Virus record (IMG/VR): IMGVR_UViG_3300046792_000108 | Coordinates: 1-62,638 of that record | Source: a virus | Lineage: Duplodnaviria > Caudoviricetes | Length of the DNA: 62,638 nucleotides | Reading direction: 5' to 3' (one strand) | The notes under the pieces: generated by a model | Told to the model about the DNA's origin: nothing | The model's input: the letters and a program-made list of their open reading frames with translations, nothing else | Database searches by the model: none | Program-made: the position numbers and the translations under genes | Shown here: positions 16,877-26,472 of the stretch, one piece after another | How positions within the stretch are numbered: position 1 is the stretch's first letter | Layout of the letters: each line of letters begins with the position of its first letter

Positions 16877-17419
16877 ATGACTACTTTAACCTCTGCCGAG
16901 TTTTTTGCTCGTGTATGGCCTGCACGGCTCATGAAGAATGAGACTTTAGAGCTTCGTGTGAAAGACCAACGTGAAGGTAAAATGATCTCAGAATTCTTTT
17001 CTTCCACCCCAGAGTTTATCAACCGTGTCCATCAATACCAGAAAGAGGGCAGACACGATATATTCTTTGGTGTGGCTACTCGATCATCTCATCACTCAGG
17101 TAAAAAGAAAGATTGTATGAGAGTTCAATGTGTATGGGTAGATTTGGATAAGAGGCAAATATCACAACTGGACATGGAACCTAAACCGAGTATTCTTGTG
17201 GAATCAGGAACTGGAGTTCATGCCTATTGGGTTTTAGACTGTCCTCTGCTTGTTCAGAATGAAGAAAGATGGAAAGAAATCGAGGCTGTGAATCGTGGCT
17301 TAGTTTCAAGATTTGACGGAGATGACGGGGCAATAGACGTATCAAGAATTCTCCGTGTTCCGAATACTTTGAACCACAAGTACAACCCACCCCGCTCCGT
17401 TCGGGCTTATTTGCCCTGA
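16877..17419 (+). CDS. RepB'-like AEP primase domain
   Basis: WVDLD, ESGTGVHAYW, RILRVPNTLNHK. Confidence 0.88.
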   Translation: MTTLTSAEFFARVWPARLMKNETLELRVKDQREGKMISEFFSSTPEFINRVHQYQKEGRHDIFFGVATRSSHHSGKKKDCMRVQCVWVDLDKRQISQLDMEPKPSILVESGTGVHAYWVLDCPLLVQNEERWKEIEAVNRGLVSRFDGDDGAIDVSRILRVPNTLNHKYNPPRSVRAYLP

Positions 17420-17428
17420 TAGGTTAAT

Positions 17429-18880
17429 ATGAGATTAGAAGACTTCAAACAGATGGGTATCTATGAGTTCAAGGAGAACCTATCAAGTGACCTCGAAATT
17501 AAACGTGGAAGAATCATTACAAATCTTCCTGCTAAAACTCTCGCCTTGCTTAGAGTCGGTGGAAACAACTTCTCGGGTGACTTCTCAAGGCAAGATTTCG
17601 CTGCCATAACCTCCCTGCTCTCTCTCGGACACTCACCTGAAGACGTATATTCCACGTTCCGAGATTCTCCAAGAGGGCATCATGCGGCTGAACGAAAGTC
17701 AGGACACTTTGATGACTATGTCCAAAGAACTATTAAAAAAGCTGTTGCATTTCTTAAGGTGGAGAGGAACGGACATTCCAATGGAAATGGTTACAAGACT
17801 GAACCGAATGGAGCTGTCCATGTCAATTTCAGCAACAGAAAACCTGAAGTTGATCTACCTATGGGACTCATCGGAGTCAGGGCTAACACAGTAGAGGTTG
17901 AGCAACCTAAGTGGATTTGGCCCAAATATCTCCCTGCCGGAAAACTAACTGTCCTGGCAGGTGACCCCGGGTTAGGCAAATCTTCCATAGCTATTGACCT
18001 GGTCTCTCGCATCACTCAGGGAACATTCCTCCCGCTCTCAGAACAAAGAACAGGAAAAGGAACTTGTTTTATTGCATCTGCTGAGGATGCCTCTGAAGAT
18101 ACCATCGTTCCACGATTGATTTCATGCAAAGCTGATCTGGCTAGAGTCGAGATTTTCCGTCGAGTAAATACTGAAGACGGTGAGAGGTATATGACTTTCC
18201 CCAGAGACATCAATAGACTCAAAGACAAGGTCAGCAAGTGCGGGGCTAGGATTGTGGTGATTGACCCCTTGAATGCTTTCTTGTCCAAAGAAACTGATTC
18301 TCACAGAGACCAAGATGTGAGATTGGTATTGGCCCCGTTTGAGGATATGGCAGAAGAACTGCAAGTATGCATCTTAATCATTGCCCATTTGAATAAGAAG
18401 GAAGATTCAAGCACGATCTATAGGATAGGTGGCTCAATAGGAATTGTAGGAGCTGCTAGGTCTGTGCTAGCCGTAACCGAGCTTGACTCACCCACAAAAC
18501 CTAGGGTAATATACTCCATCAAATCTAGTTTATCCAAAAAGCCTCCTGCTCTAGAGTATCAGGTGCGTAATGCTAAGACTGTTAAAGAAGCTAGGGAATG
18601 GAAAGGCGAGGAGATTGTCAGGTCTTCTAAGATAAGATGGATGGGGATTGTAGATTTCGATATGAACAAGAAAGCTATTCAAAGCAAAGAGGTTGCTGTA
18701 GATTCAGTCAAGGAGTTCCTGCAACAAATCATCTTGGATGCACCTGTTCACACAGACGAGATTTTTAGAGAGGCAAAGAAGGCGGGAGTTAGTACTAGAC
18801 AGATTCTCGGGTCGAAAGATTCTTTGGGCATTAAGTCGCTAAAGAAACCTGACGGGTGGTACTGGTCCTGGAAATCTTAG
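17429..18880 (+). CDS. AAA_25 / RepA-like replicative helicase with primase C-terminal region
   Basis: DFSRQDF, GDPGLGKS, VVIDP, HLNK, GSIGIVGAARS. Confidence 0.88.
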   Translation: MRLEDFKQMGIYEFKENLSSDLEIKRGRIITNLPAKTLALLRVGGNNFSGDFSRQDFAAITSLLSLGHSPEDVYSTFRDSPRGHHAAERKSGHFDDYVQRTIKKAVAFLKVERNGHSNGNGYKTEPNGAVHVNFSNRKPEVDLPMGLIGVRANTVEVEQPKWIWPKYLPAGKLTVLAGDPGLGKSSIAIDLVSRITQGTFLPLSEQRTGKGTCFIASAEDASEDTIVPRLISCKADLARVEIFRRVNTEDGERYMTFPRDINRLKDKVSKCGARIVVIDPLNAFLSKETDSHRDQDVRLVLAPFEDMAEELQVCILIIAHLNKKEDSSTIYRIGGSIGIVGAARSVLAVTELDSPTKPRVIYSIKSSLSKKPPALEYQVRNAKTVKEAREWKGEEIVRSSKIRWMGIVDFDMNKKAIQSKEVAVDSVKEFLQQIILDAPVHTDEIFREAKKAGVSTRQILGSKDSLGIKSLKKPDGWYWSWKS

Positions 18881-19016
18881 ACCTATTGACAGCTCTACGG
18901 TACAAAGCCCATGCCCGCTGACGAGTTATTCCCAACTTTACACCAATCTCCTCAAACGTCAAACGGTCATTTTCTCTAAGCTTGATGATCTTCCGGTACC
19001 GTGAATTAGTACTCAT
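18831..19016 (-). CDS. Small HTH protein (sigma region-4-like)
   Basis: LTFEEIGVKLGITRQRA; start at ATG 19016 downstream of a promoter. Confidence 0.7.
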   Translation of the reverse strand: MSTNSRYRKIIKLRENDRLTFEEIGVKLGITRQRAWALYRRAVNRSKISRTSTTRQVSLAT

Positions 19017-19022
19017 ATCAAT

Positions 19023-19052
19023 ACTGTAAATCAAGATTAGGATGTTTGTCAA
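19023..19052 (-). promoter_or_regulatory. sigma70-type promoter
   Basis: TTGACA-18nt-TACAGT. Confidence 0.6.
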
Positions 19053-19057
19053 TAATC

Positions 19058-19963
19058 TTATTTCTTATCCCTGGCTGGGCCAAGAGCGGCCAACTTTCCT
19101 GCAAATGCTTCAAGTACTACTCTCTTCGATGAGCTTTTATCGGCGGATTCTATTTCATCCCGCAACGCTTCCCACGCCGTGACCAGTTGTGTCTCGGCAG
19201 CTTCGGCGCGTTCAAAGTTGCACTGGTTGCTTTCGATCATCGCCTTTTCGCATTCCTGTTGACGCTCCAACTGCTCCCGTAGACCAGCCGCTTCACGCTT
19301 CAGCTTATCTAATTCTTGTGCTCGTTCGCCCTGCTGCTTGTGTTTGCGGCTGAGTGATTTAAGCAGTTTGTTTTTTAATTGCCGCACTGAAAGCAGTTCC
19401 GCCACCATCCCCTTGGTGACGTGCGCGGCGTAGGCTTCGGCAAATTCATCTGCACTTATATAGTCAGTCCCGTTTGGGTGTTCCGCGCTGATTCCGCGTT
19501 CAGCCGTGTGAAAGAATTTTCCAATGCCATTATGCTTGCGCCACTGCTCCGCGCTCGGCTCGGCTCCCGCTGGCGAAATTATTGGAGAATGTTCATTGCT
19601 GAGCGAAGATTTAATCGGGGAAAGAGGCTGGGTGCCTGCGATTCCCTGCGCGGCCTTTGCTCCTATAGCCGAACCACCTTCACATTCTCCAATTCCAATC
19701 TCGCGCTCGATCTCATCAAGCGACTTCACGCGGCCTTCGGCATAATCAATCAGCCCAGCAGCCAATCCGCGCGCCTCTACTTTCGACAATTCTTGGGATT
19801 CTCTCTGCCCCACGGCGAACGCTACAACTTTCGGAGTAAGAGCTTCTAAAAGAGCCTGCAATTCCGATTCGGGATATTCCCAATGTGCGCCATCGCTTTC
19901 CTTAACATCATTTCTCAGAATATTTTCCAAAAGATCTCTCGCCCGTTCAGTCATATCGGTCAT
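19058..19963 (-). CDS. Hypothetical coiled-coil protein
   Basis: 301 aa with RBS AAGGAG. Confidence 0.7.
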   Translation of the reverse strand: MTDMTERARDLLENILRNDVKESDGAHWEYPESELQALLEALTPKVVAFAVGQRESQELSKVEARGLAAGLIDYAEGRVKSLDEIEREIGIGECEGGSAIGAKAAQGIAGTQPLSPIKSSLSNEHSPIISPAGAEPSAEQWRKHNGIGKFFHTAERGISAEHPNGTDYISADEFAEAYAAHVTKGMVAELLSVRQLKNKLLKSLSRKHKQQGERAQELDKLKREAAGLREQLERQQECEKAMIESNQCNFERAEAAETQLVTAWEALRDEIESADKSSSKRVVLEAFAGKLAALGPARDKK

Positions 19964-20082
19964 TACAGTTCTCCTTTTATGTCTGGCATGTCATGACATG
20001 TAACATGACTCAGAAATGCCTCATATCAAAACCTAGTGGCCTTAAATGACCATCTCGTACAGTCATATTTGTCAAATTAACA

Positions 20083-20111
20083 GGGAGGACGCTAAGTCAA
20101 AACGCCCTCCC
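20083..20111 (-). terminator. Hairpin after small gene, probable terminator
   Basis: GGGAGGACG...CGCCCTCCC inverted repeat. Confidence 0.5.
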
Positions 20112-20118
20112 AATGTAA

Positions 20119-20301
20119 CTACGCCTTCACGTAGGCGTTGACTCCGATTGTGATTTGTTTCCCCTTGTACTCAGTAGTTGTTTTCTCATTACCGTGAGTA
20201 CTAGCTAGGACCAGGTTCTTCTGTGATTTGCTGAGTTGAGGCTCAGCGTCCATATCCATTGTGATGATCAACTGCTTGCCTTTGATTTCAACCTTTGCCA
20301 T
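20119..20301 (-). CDS. Small phage protein (60 aa)
   Basis: MAKVEIKGKQ..SKSQKNLVLASTHGN; CAGGAG RBS before ATG 20301. Confidence 0.8.
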   Translation of the reverse strand: MAKVEIKGKQLIITMDMDAEPQLSKSQKNLVLASTHGNEKTTTEYKGKQITIGVNAYVKA

Positions 20302-20400
20302 TTGATTCTCCTGTGAGCGGTAGTCACCGCAGTCGGAGGTCGGACCCAAGTCCACTCAAGCGGTCAGGAGAAGTCCCGCCCATCCGACCTCCGACTCCGT
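20302..20400 (-). promoter_or_regulatory. Structured 5' leader RNA with anti-SD loop (candidate cis-regulator)
   Basis: 14-bp perfect stem 20331-20344/20383-20396; loop 20365-20372 complementary to SD 20306-20313. Confidence 0.65.
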
Positions 20401-20403
20401 TGA

Positions 20404-20754
20404 TTATCGGAGCCGTTCCACCTGTTCAACTTCTGCCAGTTTCTTCCCAATCATCACCCCCAAAGCTAGTATTCCAGCTTGAGATGCCATGATCGGAACT
20501 TCGAGACCCAGTAATTTCACCAGACCCGTTATCTGTGATCCAAGCATGAGATGATTTACGAATTCAAAAGACTCGGATATCTCCCTAGATCTCATTATTA
20601 CAGATGCCGTATCACAAATAGGGCAACCGATCTTTCCTCCAGAGTTCAGTACTTCTAAATTCTTTTCAACTACTCCTTGCCCGGAGTGGACATGATCGTG
20701 GGTTTTTCTAAGTTCTGAGACACAGGACTCAAATATCTCTTTTGTTAGTTCCAT
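20404..20754 (-). CDS. Hypothetical protein
   Basis: RBS AAGGAG; CPIC motif. Confidence 0.7.
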   Translation of the reverse strand: MELTKEIFESCVSELRKTHDHVHSGQGVVEKNLEVLNSGGKIGCPICDTASVIMRSREISESFEFVNHLMLGSQITGLVKLLGLEVPIMASQAGILALGVMIGKKLAEVEQVERLR

Positions 20755-20774
20755 ATTCTCTCCTTTAAATTGAA

Positions 20775-20802
20775 AAGGGTAGAGCCCGAAGACCCTACCC
20801 TT
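20775..20802 (-). terminator. Intrinsic terminator
   Basis: AAGGGTAG...CTACCCTT hairpin with T run on minus strand. Confidence 0.7.
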
Positions 20803-20819
20803 CTTTGGTTCAGCTCTCG

Positions 20820-21398
20820 TTAGTCCAGGTCTTCGACTTCTTCCTCCTCTTCCTCAACATCTTCGTTTTGAACCTTCTTCGAAGATTTCTTCCCGCCCTT
20901 CTCAGAACGGCCTTTCTTCAAGTTCTCGGCCCGATTCGCTTCCTGCGATTCCTGGTTGGCCTTGAATTCCTTCAACAGTTTGGCCAGGCGGGGACTGTCA
21001 GGTTCCCACTCGTAGCGGGCGTATTCCCCGTCAGTGTTGTGCCCCTTCGCCCGGAGATACCGACGCAGTGAAGCGGGAGAGACTCCGAGCATGTCGGCAA
21101 CTTCTTTACTCCCGATTGTGGTGGACTTCTCTTCTTTCTTGGAAGATTTCTTCGTGGTTACTTCTTCTTCCTCATCTTCCTCGACTTCAACTTTCTTCGA
21201 CTTGGGTGATGCTTTTGCTACTGTCTTTACGGCCATAGTGGCCTCCTTTGGTTTATTTAACAACTCGGTCGCTAATTTCACCCTATCCTTCCAGGCACCT
21301 CCCGTAGGAAGGGGAACTTTAAATTTCTTAGACCACAAGGTCAACGAGTTTTGGTGACCCCGTCCAATGGCCTCAAACAACTCGGATGCCATACTCAT
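20820..21398 (-). CDS. HTH DNA-binding protein with Lys/Glu-rich arms
   Basis: SKEVADMLGVSPASLRRYLR; second in-frame start at 21236 with its own AAGGAGG. Confidence 0.75.
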   Translation of the reverse strand: MSMASELFEAIGRGHQNSLTLWSKKFKVPLPTGGAWKDRVKLATELLNKPKEATMAVKTVAKASPKSKKVEVEEDEEEEVTTKKSSKKEEKSTTIGSKEVADMLGVSPASLRRYLRAKGHNTDGEYARYEWEPDSPRLAKLLKEFKANQESQEANRAENLKKGRSEKGGKKSSKKVQNEDVEEEEEEVEDLD

Positions 21399-21622
21399 TG
21401 GATTGTGGCCTCCTTGAAACCCTCTCCCTGCTCACCCCAGATAATCACAGTGAGGTCTATATCTTTCCCATCGTTTTCTGTTTTGCACTCACTACAGATG
21501 ATCATTTTGGGATAAAGAGGAGTATCAGGTACTACTTCAAACACGCGAGTCTCATCCCCGACATGAGGACAAACCAGGACTTTTTCTCCGTCTTGAGGCT
21601 CGAATTTTTCAGGCCTTTTCAT
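21395..21622 (-). CDS. Hypothetical protein
   Basis: RBS; CPH..CSEC. Confidence 0.65.
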   Translation of the reverse strand: MKRPEKFEPQDGEKVLVCPHVGDETRVFEVVPDTPLYPKMIICSECKTENDGKDIDLTVIIWGEQGEGFKEATIQ

Positions 21623-21633
21623 GAGTCTCCTTT

Positions 21634-21662
21634 ATCATAAGTCTTCTACAACAGATTGTCAA
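21634..21662 (-). promoter_or_regulatory. sigma70-type promoter
   Basis: TTGACA-17nt-TATGAT. Confidence 0.75.
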
Positions 21663-21677
21663 TGGCGGGTTAAAACT

Positions 21678-21881
21678 TTATTCTTGATTAACAATCTGTT
21701 TAATTCTCGATAACCTTGCTCCGTATTTTCCAGCCAGAGAACCGTACATGCCTGCACTGTCTAAAGATTGAACTACCAGCTCAACGTCGTCGTCCATCTT
21801 ATAAGCTTCAGGATTTTTTTCTCTGTACCTATCCACCGCTAACTGAATTCTTGTTATATCACTAGTTGACAAGCTCTTCAT
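21678..21881 (-). CDS. Hypothetical protein
   Basis: Translationally coupled to upstream ORF. Confidence 0.65.
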   Translation of the reverse strand: MKSLSTSDITRIQLAVDRYREKNPEAYKMDDDVELVVQSLDSAGMYGSLAGKYGARLSRIKQIVNQE

Positions 21882-22714
21882 TTCATCTCCTCCACGGCTC
21901 CTGCTTCGATCAGCACTTTCAGGAACCGAATCGTTATCTTCTCAATGTTTTGCTTCGTCTTAACTCTCTTCTCAGCAGCTTCAACAATCTGAGGAAATGG
22001 TACAGGATTCTTACCCTTCGAAAGTTCATGTATCACCTCGAAAAGTTGTCTCTCTCTTCCTCCCGCCAGTTTGAAGCTACCAGGTTTGGTCTTGAAGGAC
22101 TTGTGCATTGCTTCCTGCTTAGCTGAGACTTTCTTCACCCCAACCCCGTCCTCGCCTGGCTTGTACTCAGAAAGATTTTGCATATACTGTCTGACTCGTT
22201 TCTCTTGATTCTTAACCAGATAATCATCGTCATGAGCTACACCCAAATCCCGGTACCAAGTGAGTTGAACTATGCCTCGAAGTGGAGACTCCACGAGATA
22301 CCTAACGAAAGGATCAACTACGATGTTGTTTAGTTGGGCGAACGCCACAAGCTGTGAATCCATCAGCTTGTCAAGACAAGATGGTTCATGACCGTAAGTT
22401 CCTGCGCCTAGAGTCTTGTCCAGGTCGTAATCGACAGGAAATCGTACTTCACCTTGCATGAAATGCAGGTCGCCCTTTCGATTCTTTACCACATGCGGGA
22501 CTGACGGGTCATCTCCTCGTTGAGCTATCTCGTAGCATGAGTCGGAACAGAGATGGCCAAATTTCTTCGAAGAAAACTTGGACACCTTAACCTCACAGAT
22601 AGCGCACATCGGACGATCCGTTTTCGCTAGGTTAGTTTTTATCGTTTTATTCATAACCCTCACTCTCTCCGAGCAAATTCCTTCATGATCTTCCCCGCAG
22701 AATGAGCACCTCAT
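21878..22714 (-). CDS. Hypothetical protein, Zn-finger motifs and C-terminal winged-helix-like region
   Basis: CSFC..H..C, CAIC..CSDSC. Confidence 0.7.
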   Translation of the reverse strand: MRCSFCGEDHEGICSERVRVMNKTIKTNLAKTDRPMCAICEVKVSKFSSKKFGHLCSDSCYEIAQRGDDPSVPHVVKNRKGDLHFMQGEVRFPVDYDLDKTLGAGTYGHEPSCLDKLMDSQLVAFAQLNNIVVDPFVRYLVESPLRGIVQLTWYRDLGVAHDDDYLVKNQEKRVRQYMQNLSEYKPGEDGVGVKKVSAKQEAMHKSFKTKPGSFKLAGGRERQLFEVIHELSKGKNPVPFPQIVEAAEKRVKTKQNIEKITIRFLKVLIEAGAVEEMK

Positions 22715-22920
22715 CTCACCCTTCTGAAAGGAAGTTGTCTAAGGTTCTGGTTGAAAAACTTCCCCTTAGAACCTGCTTGCAAGAATTTATCATAGGTTTC
22801 TTTGGGGGTCCTGTAGGCGTGAGTTTCACCGGATTTGAATGTAAGATGAATTTCTTCAGTCTTATCATCATACCCGTGGTGAGTTGTAACTGAGCTATCG
22901 TGCGGATTCATCTTAGGCAT
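22711..22920 (-). CDS. KTSC domain protein
   Basis: SS....GYD....L.FKSG..Y..SKGKFFN. Confidence 0.85.
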   Translation of the reverse strand: MPKMNPHDSSVTTHHGYDDKTEEIHLTFKSGETHAYRTPKETYDKFLQAGSKGKFFNQNLRQLPFRRVR

Positions 22921-22921
22921 T

Positions 22922-23179
22922 TTAGTTCTCCAAATCGTTGAAATATTCGTCTGATACTTCTACTGAAACCATGTCAGGATCAAACTGAGCAGATTTCAGG
23001 TCGGGGTAATCATCTTCCTCATTGTGGTAACAGGAACGACAAACTATTGTTGTATCGTCGGGTAGTACAAAGATCGGGTTGTCAAAGTCTCCAATCTCTT
23101 GGTCACATAGATAGCAATCCATCCTAATCCTCCCTAAATCCCAGGAATACAGGATGCCTGGGTTTATCTTTGGTCCCAT
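22922..23179 (-). CDS. Small Zn-finger acidic protein
   Basis: CYLC..CRSC; true start probably at MDCYLC. Confidence 0.55.
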   Translation of the reverse strand: MGPKINPGILYSWDLGRIRMDCYLCDQEIGDFDNPIFVLPDDTTIVCRSCYHNEEDDYPDLKSAQFDPDMVSVEVSDEYFNDLEN

Positions 23180-23975
23180 GTTTTTGATACTTAAACTTCA
23201 CTGTCTTCCCCATCAGCTGTTTCAATTTGTCAGGTCTCCAAAATCCTCGACGTTGCATCTCAGTGAAACCAGTACCACAGGACACCTCAACGCCATCTGA
23301 CATACGCAAAAGCATGGCTCCGAGCATGTTCATCGGTACCATACCAGCTCTATGGTTTGACCGTTTCATCTTACCTAAAGCGTCTCGTTCAGCCTCGTTC
23401 GAGTTGTGCATTAGTTCTTCAAACCCGATAATGACTCCTTCCGCATCCTGGAATCTCTTGACCTTGAGGAGCCAACCCTCCCGAATTGTACTACGCCCGA
23501 ATTTGTAAGGACCGAGCGGGTCTCGGATCATTACCCCCTCAAAACCTTGTTCTAGGCATTGGATCTCGAACTCAAGCAACCCGTCCTCGTTTTCACAAAG
23601 AATGTGGGGTACTGCTTTCATCAGAGGATTTTTTTCTCTTCCGCAAAACTTTTCGACAGAAGCTAATCTCTTCTCAAACGTCTCAGAGACCAGATAATTG
23701 TCGAACAACCACCACGGTACAGGATTATCTCCCGAATGGCTCATCACGGCACTTGTGGTTTGTTGGAAATTCCCGTAGACTAATTCTCCATCCAGCCCCT
23801 TGAGATGAGGTTTGCTGAACCTGGCCCAGGTACACCTGTTCGGGATTAGTTTCAATCGACGTGATACCAAATCTCCCTCAACATTTAAAGCCCTAATCCC
23901 GTCGATTTTTGGACTTGCGAGAACTGGCCACCTTTGTCTTTTTGGGTCCCAGTCTTTTGCTAGCATTGGTTTCAT
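23124..23975 (-). CDS. lig: ATP-dependent DNA ligase
   Basis: PKIDGIR, LDGEL, FEGVMIR, LLKVKR, CGTGF, PRHPVF. Confidence 0.95.
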   Translation of the reverse strand: MKPMLAKDWDPKRQRWPVLASPKIDGIRALNVEGDLVSRRLKLIPNRCTWARFSKPHLKGLDGELVYGNFQQTTSAVMSHSGDNPVPWWLFDNYLVSETFEKRLASVEKFCGREKNPLMKAVPHILCENEDGLLEFEIQCLEQGFEGVMIRDPLGPYKFGRSTIREGWLLKVKRFQDAEGVIIGFEELMHNSNEAERDALGKMKRSNHRAGMVPMNMLGAMLLRMSDGVEVSCGTGFTEMQRRGFWRPDKLKQLMGKTVKFKYQKHGTKDKPRHPVFLGFRED

Positions 23976-24153
23976 ACTTTTTCACATCCTTAATCAGAGA
24001 TTCTAATTCTGTTATGGCACTTGATATTTCAGGACTTACCCTAACCCATTCATTCTCGTCCTCTAGAAAATCTAGGATGAATAGTAATCTCCCCACAAGA
24101 GTTTCAATTTCACCAGTGGGTAAACGACGTTCTCCGATTTGTAACCTCATCAC
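23893..24153 (-). CDS. Hypothetical protein
   Basis: In operon; overlaps ligase start. Confidence 0.5.
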   Translation of the reverse strand: MMRLQIGERRLPTGEIETLVGRLLFILDFLEDENEWVRVSPEISSAITELESLIKDVKKYETNASKRLGPKKTKVASSRKSKNRRD

Positions 24154-24395
24154 AAGTCCTTTCCCCTGGAAAGTTGAATACCACGTGACGCCAGCTTCAA
24201 CTGGATTATCACAGGAATAATATCTATCGTGATTCCAGGATCCAATGGGTGGATATCCTCGAGGAAGATCACGTCTGACAGGAATCTCAATGCGGCATCT
24301 AGACTCCCCAGGGACTCCTTTCTATCTTTAACTGACATGGCTTCGGTTAATGCTTTGATGGCCATGCTCATTGCACCTCTCGACTTTACGTTCAT
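24150..24395 (-). CDS. Hypothetical protein
   Basis: Coupled overlaps with both neighbours. Confidence 0.6.
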   Translation of the reverse strand: MNVKSRGAMSMAIKALTEAMSVKDRKESLGSLDAALRFLSDVIFLEDIHPLDPGITIDIIPVIIQLKLASRGIQLSRGKDL

Positions 24396-25219
24396 TCCAG
24401 CTCCTTCCTTTCTCCTCCTTGACCTTCGAATGCGTTCGCTTTCAGGTTCATACGATCAGCCGCAGATTTTCCTGCCTGGTACCCAAGCGTATTGAAGTCT
24501 CCTCGACCACCTAGGATCTTTGCTGATTTTCCACCACGATTCTTCAAATATTCTCGAACAGCTAAAGCTTCTCTGTTTATTCTTGCCAGAGCAGTTCCTG
24601 AATTGCTCTGCTCCATCTTCTTCTTTTCTTCCTCAAACCTTTGAGCAAGACGAGTCGTGAAACCTGAAAGCCAAGAACTCTTGAACCCGTGAGTCTGTGA
24701 CAGAAGATCTGCTACCAAGTACTTGTCGTCTCCACCCTGTTTCCTGCATTGGCGGCGGAACTTCATATACTCCTGGTGGCACATTTTCTCAGCAACTCTG
24801 TGCATCATAATGAACAAATATTCAACGATCGCAGCGTCGGATTTCCTACCTACAATGCACAACTGGCTGCTAGCTTTGTACACCATAAAACTGCACGAGT
24901 GTGCATCACAGATAACACGCATCAGATTCTCTGCCCACTCTGATCTACGGGACGTAACTTCTACGTCGGGATATTTCGTGTAGAACCTCTGTCTTCCCTT
25001 GTAAAAATATTCACTGTCTCCGACCGTGGATTCCTCCACTGGTTCGTCTTTCAGATGAGACGAGTATTGAATGTCGGTCATCTCTAGTTTGTGTCTTAGA
25101 AGCATGTTCTGAAGCATCGTGGCAAATGCTTGCGCTTCAGCCTCACTTCCTATCTCCTGGGCCGATTCCATGTGGGCTTTGATCTTGCCCAGTTTTTCCA
25201 GAATCTTTTCGTCAGGCAT
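24392..25219 (-). CDS. DUF2786-type protein
   Basis: KILEKLGKI..EAEAQAFA..ML.RHKL; FKSSWLSGF; GYQAGKSA. Confidence 0.8.
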   Translation of the reverse strand: MPDEKILEKLGKIKAHMESAQEIGSEAEAQAFATMLQNMLLRHKLEMTDIQYSSHLKDEPVEESTVGDSEYFYKGRQRFYTKYPDVEVTSRRSEWAENLMRVICDAHSCSFMVYKASSQLCIVGRKSDAAIVEYLFIMMHRVAEKMCHQEYMKFRRQCRKQGGDDKYLVADLLSQTHGFKSSWLSGFTTRLAQRFEEEKKKMEQSNSGTALARINREALAVREYLKNRGGKSAKILGGRGDFNTLGYQAGKSAADRMNLKANAFEGQGGERKELE

Positions 25220-25400
25220 AGTTGAGCAGCCTCTTGTTAATAGCAGTTAAACCTAGTTGAAGATGTGAGATTGCAATGTCCACATACGTGTCGGCGTCCG
25301 GGTCAAAGTTCTCCACATCCCCATACGTGATTAGCTCTTTAATCTTCTTTTCAAGGTAAGCTTTTTCCTTCTCAAGTTTATCCATTTGCTCGGTTGTCAT
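25212..25400 (-). CDS. Hypothetical protein
   Basis: RBS AAGGAG; operon packing. Confidence 0.65.
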   Translation of the reverse strand: MTTEQMDKLEKEKAYLEKKIKELITYGDVENFDPDADTYVDIAISHLQLGLTAINKRLLNYA

Positions 25401-25745
25401 AGTTTTTAACTCCTTACGGTTTTACCGTCGAACAGGATTCGACCGTCTTTTGCGTGGAACAGCATCTCATCCATCATGTTAGTGATTCTAATCTCACGTT
25501 TCTCTTTGATGGCCTGCTTAACTACATCAACGAAGAAGCAACGAAGCTGCCCGTCGTTCTTGATGTGGCGAGGTTTGTCATACTTACCATCTGCTCCGTA
25601 CTCATAACCTAGCATCGGGTAATTAGAACCACCGTGGTCTGGTAGTGGTTTGTTCACATTGCCTCCGTTAGTGCGCAGACTGCAACATACCAGAAGCATA
25701 TCAGCGCGATGAATACTCCAGCAAGCAACAGAATCCGACCTGGCT

Positions 25746-26006
25746 TCATACTTGCTCCTTCTTGATTAAACCATGTAACTCCAGGCCGTGACCTGTTTCT
25801 ATTGCGTGATTCAATGCCTCTACCAGCATCTTCCTCACATTTGTAGTTGGATTTCTGTCTGTGGATGATGCTTCCTCGGTTGCTATGAAACCACAACCGC
25901 AGTTTACTTTCAAAGTAAGTTTTGCCATAGTAGCTCCTTCTTCCGCGATTTCTAAAACCCGATAGAAGTCGCGGAGCAAGGCGTTACCTTGCCGGTGCAT
26001 GATCAC
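25746..26006 (-). CDS. Hypothetical protein (likely start MAKLTL)
   Basis: CGCGF..HAIETGH Zn-binding pattern. Confidence 0.6.
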   Translation of the reverse strand: MIMHRQGNALLRDFYRVLEIAEEGATMAKLTLKVNCGCGFIATEEASSTDRNPTTNVRKMLVEALNHAIETGHGLELHGLIKKEQV

Positions 26007-26242
26007 CTCCCTGCTCCTTTTGCCTTCTTCAAATTTTCTATCTTTAACCCTTTGTTCAAGTGATTGACAAACATCTCGAATACTTCAGTGTCTTGTAACC
26101 ACATGCAGAATTCTACGGTGATCTTTTTGTTGGGTTTAACCAACCCTTTGTTCAAGTGATTGACAAAACACGATTCACACAGGTATTCCCCGTTGACGAT
26201 CCTGGAGGCGACAGCTACACATTGGGTTCTGTCACAGAGCAT
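26003..26242 (-). CDS. Hypothetical Zn-finger protein with internal duplication
   Basis: FVNHLNKGL twice (26-bp exact repeat). Confidence 0.65.
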   Translation of the reverse strand: MLCDRTQCVAVASRIVNGEYLCESCFVNHLNKGLVKPNKKITVEFCMWLQDTEVFEMFVNHLNKGLKIENLKKAKGAGR

Positions 26243-26472
26243 TAGTTCTCCTCCCTGGCTACAACCTCTTGGTACACATTCTCTGCGATGAATAGGTCAT
26301 CGTCTTCAAAGTACGAGGTGTAAACCTCTGGGTTCATCTGAACATCCTCAAGTAATTCCTTTATCTCTTCTTCGCTCGGCTTGACAATAGCACGAAACTC
26401 TTCGGCAAGTTTTGCTATCTGATCCTGAATCTCATCAATTCGTTTCTTTTGTTCCGGTGTCCAGCGGCTCAT
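26242..26472 (-). CDS. Small acidic protein (paralog of 26810..27055)
   Basis: MSRWTPEQKKRIDEI. Confidence 0.7.
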   Translation of the reverse strand: MSRWTPEQKKRIDEIQDQIAKLAEEFRAIVKPSEEEIKELLEDVQMNPEVYTSYFEDDDLFIAENVYQEVVAREEN

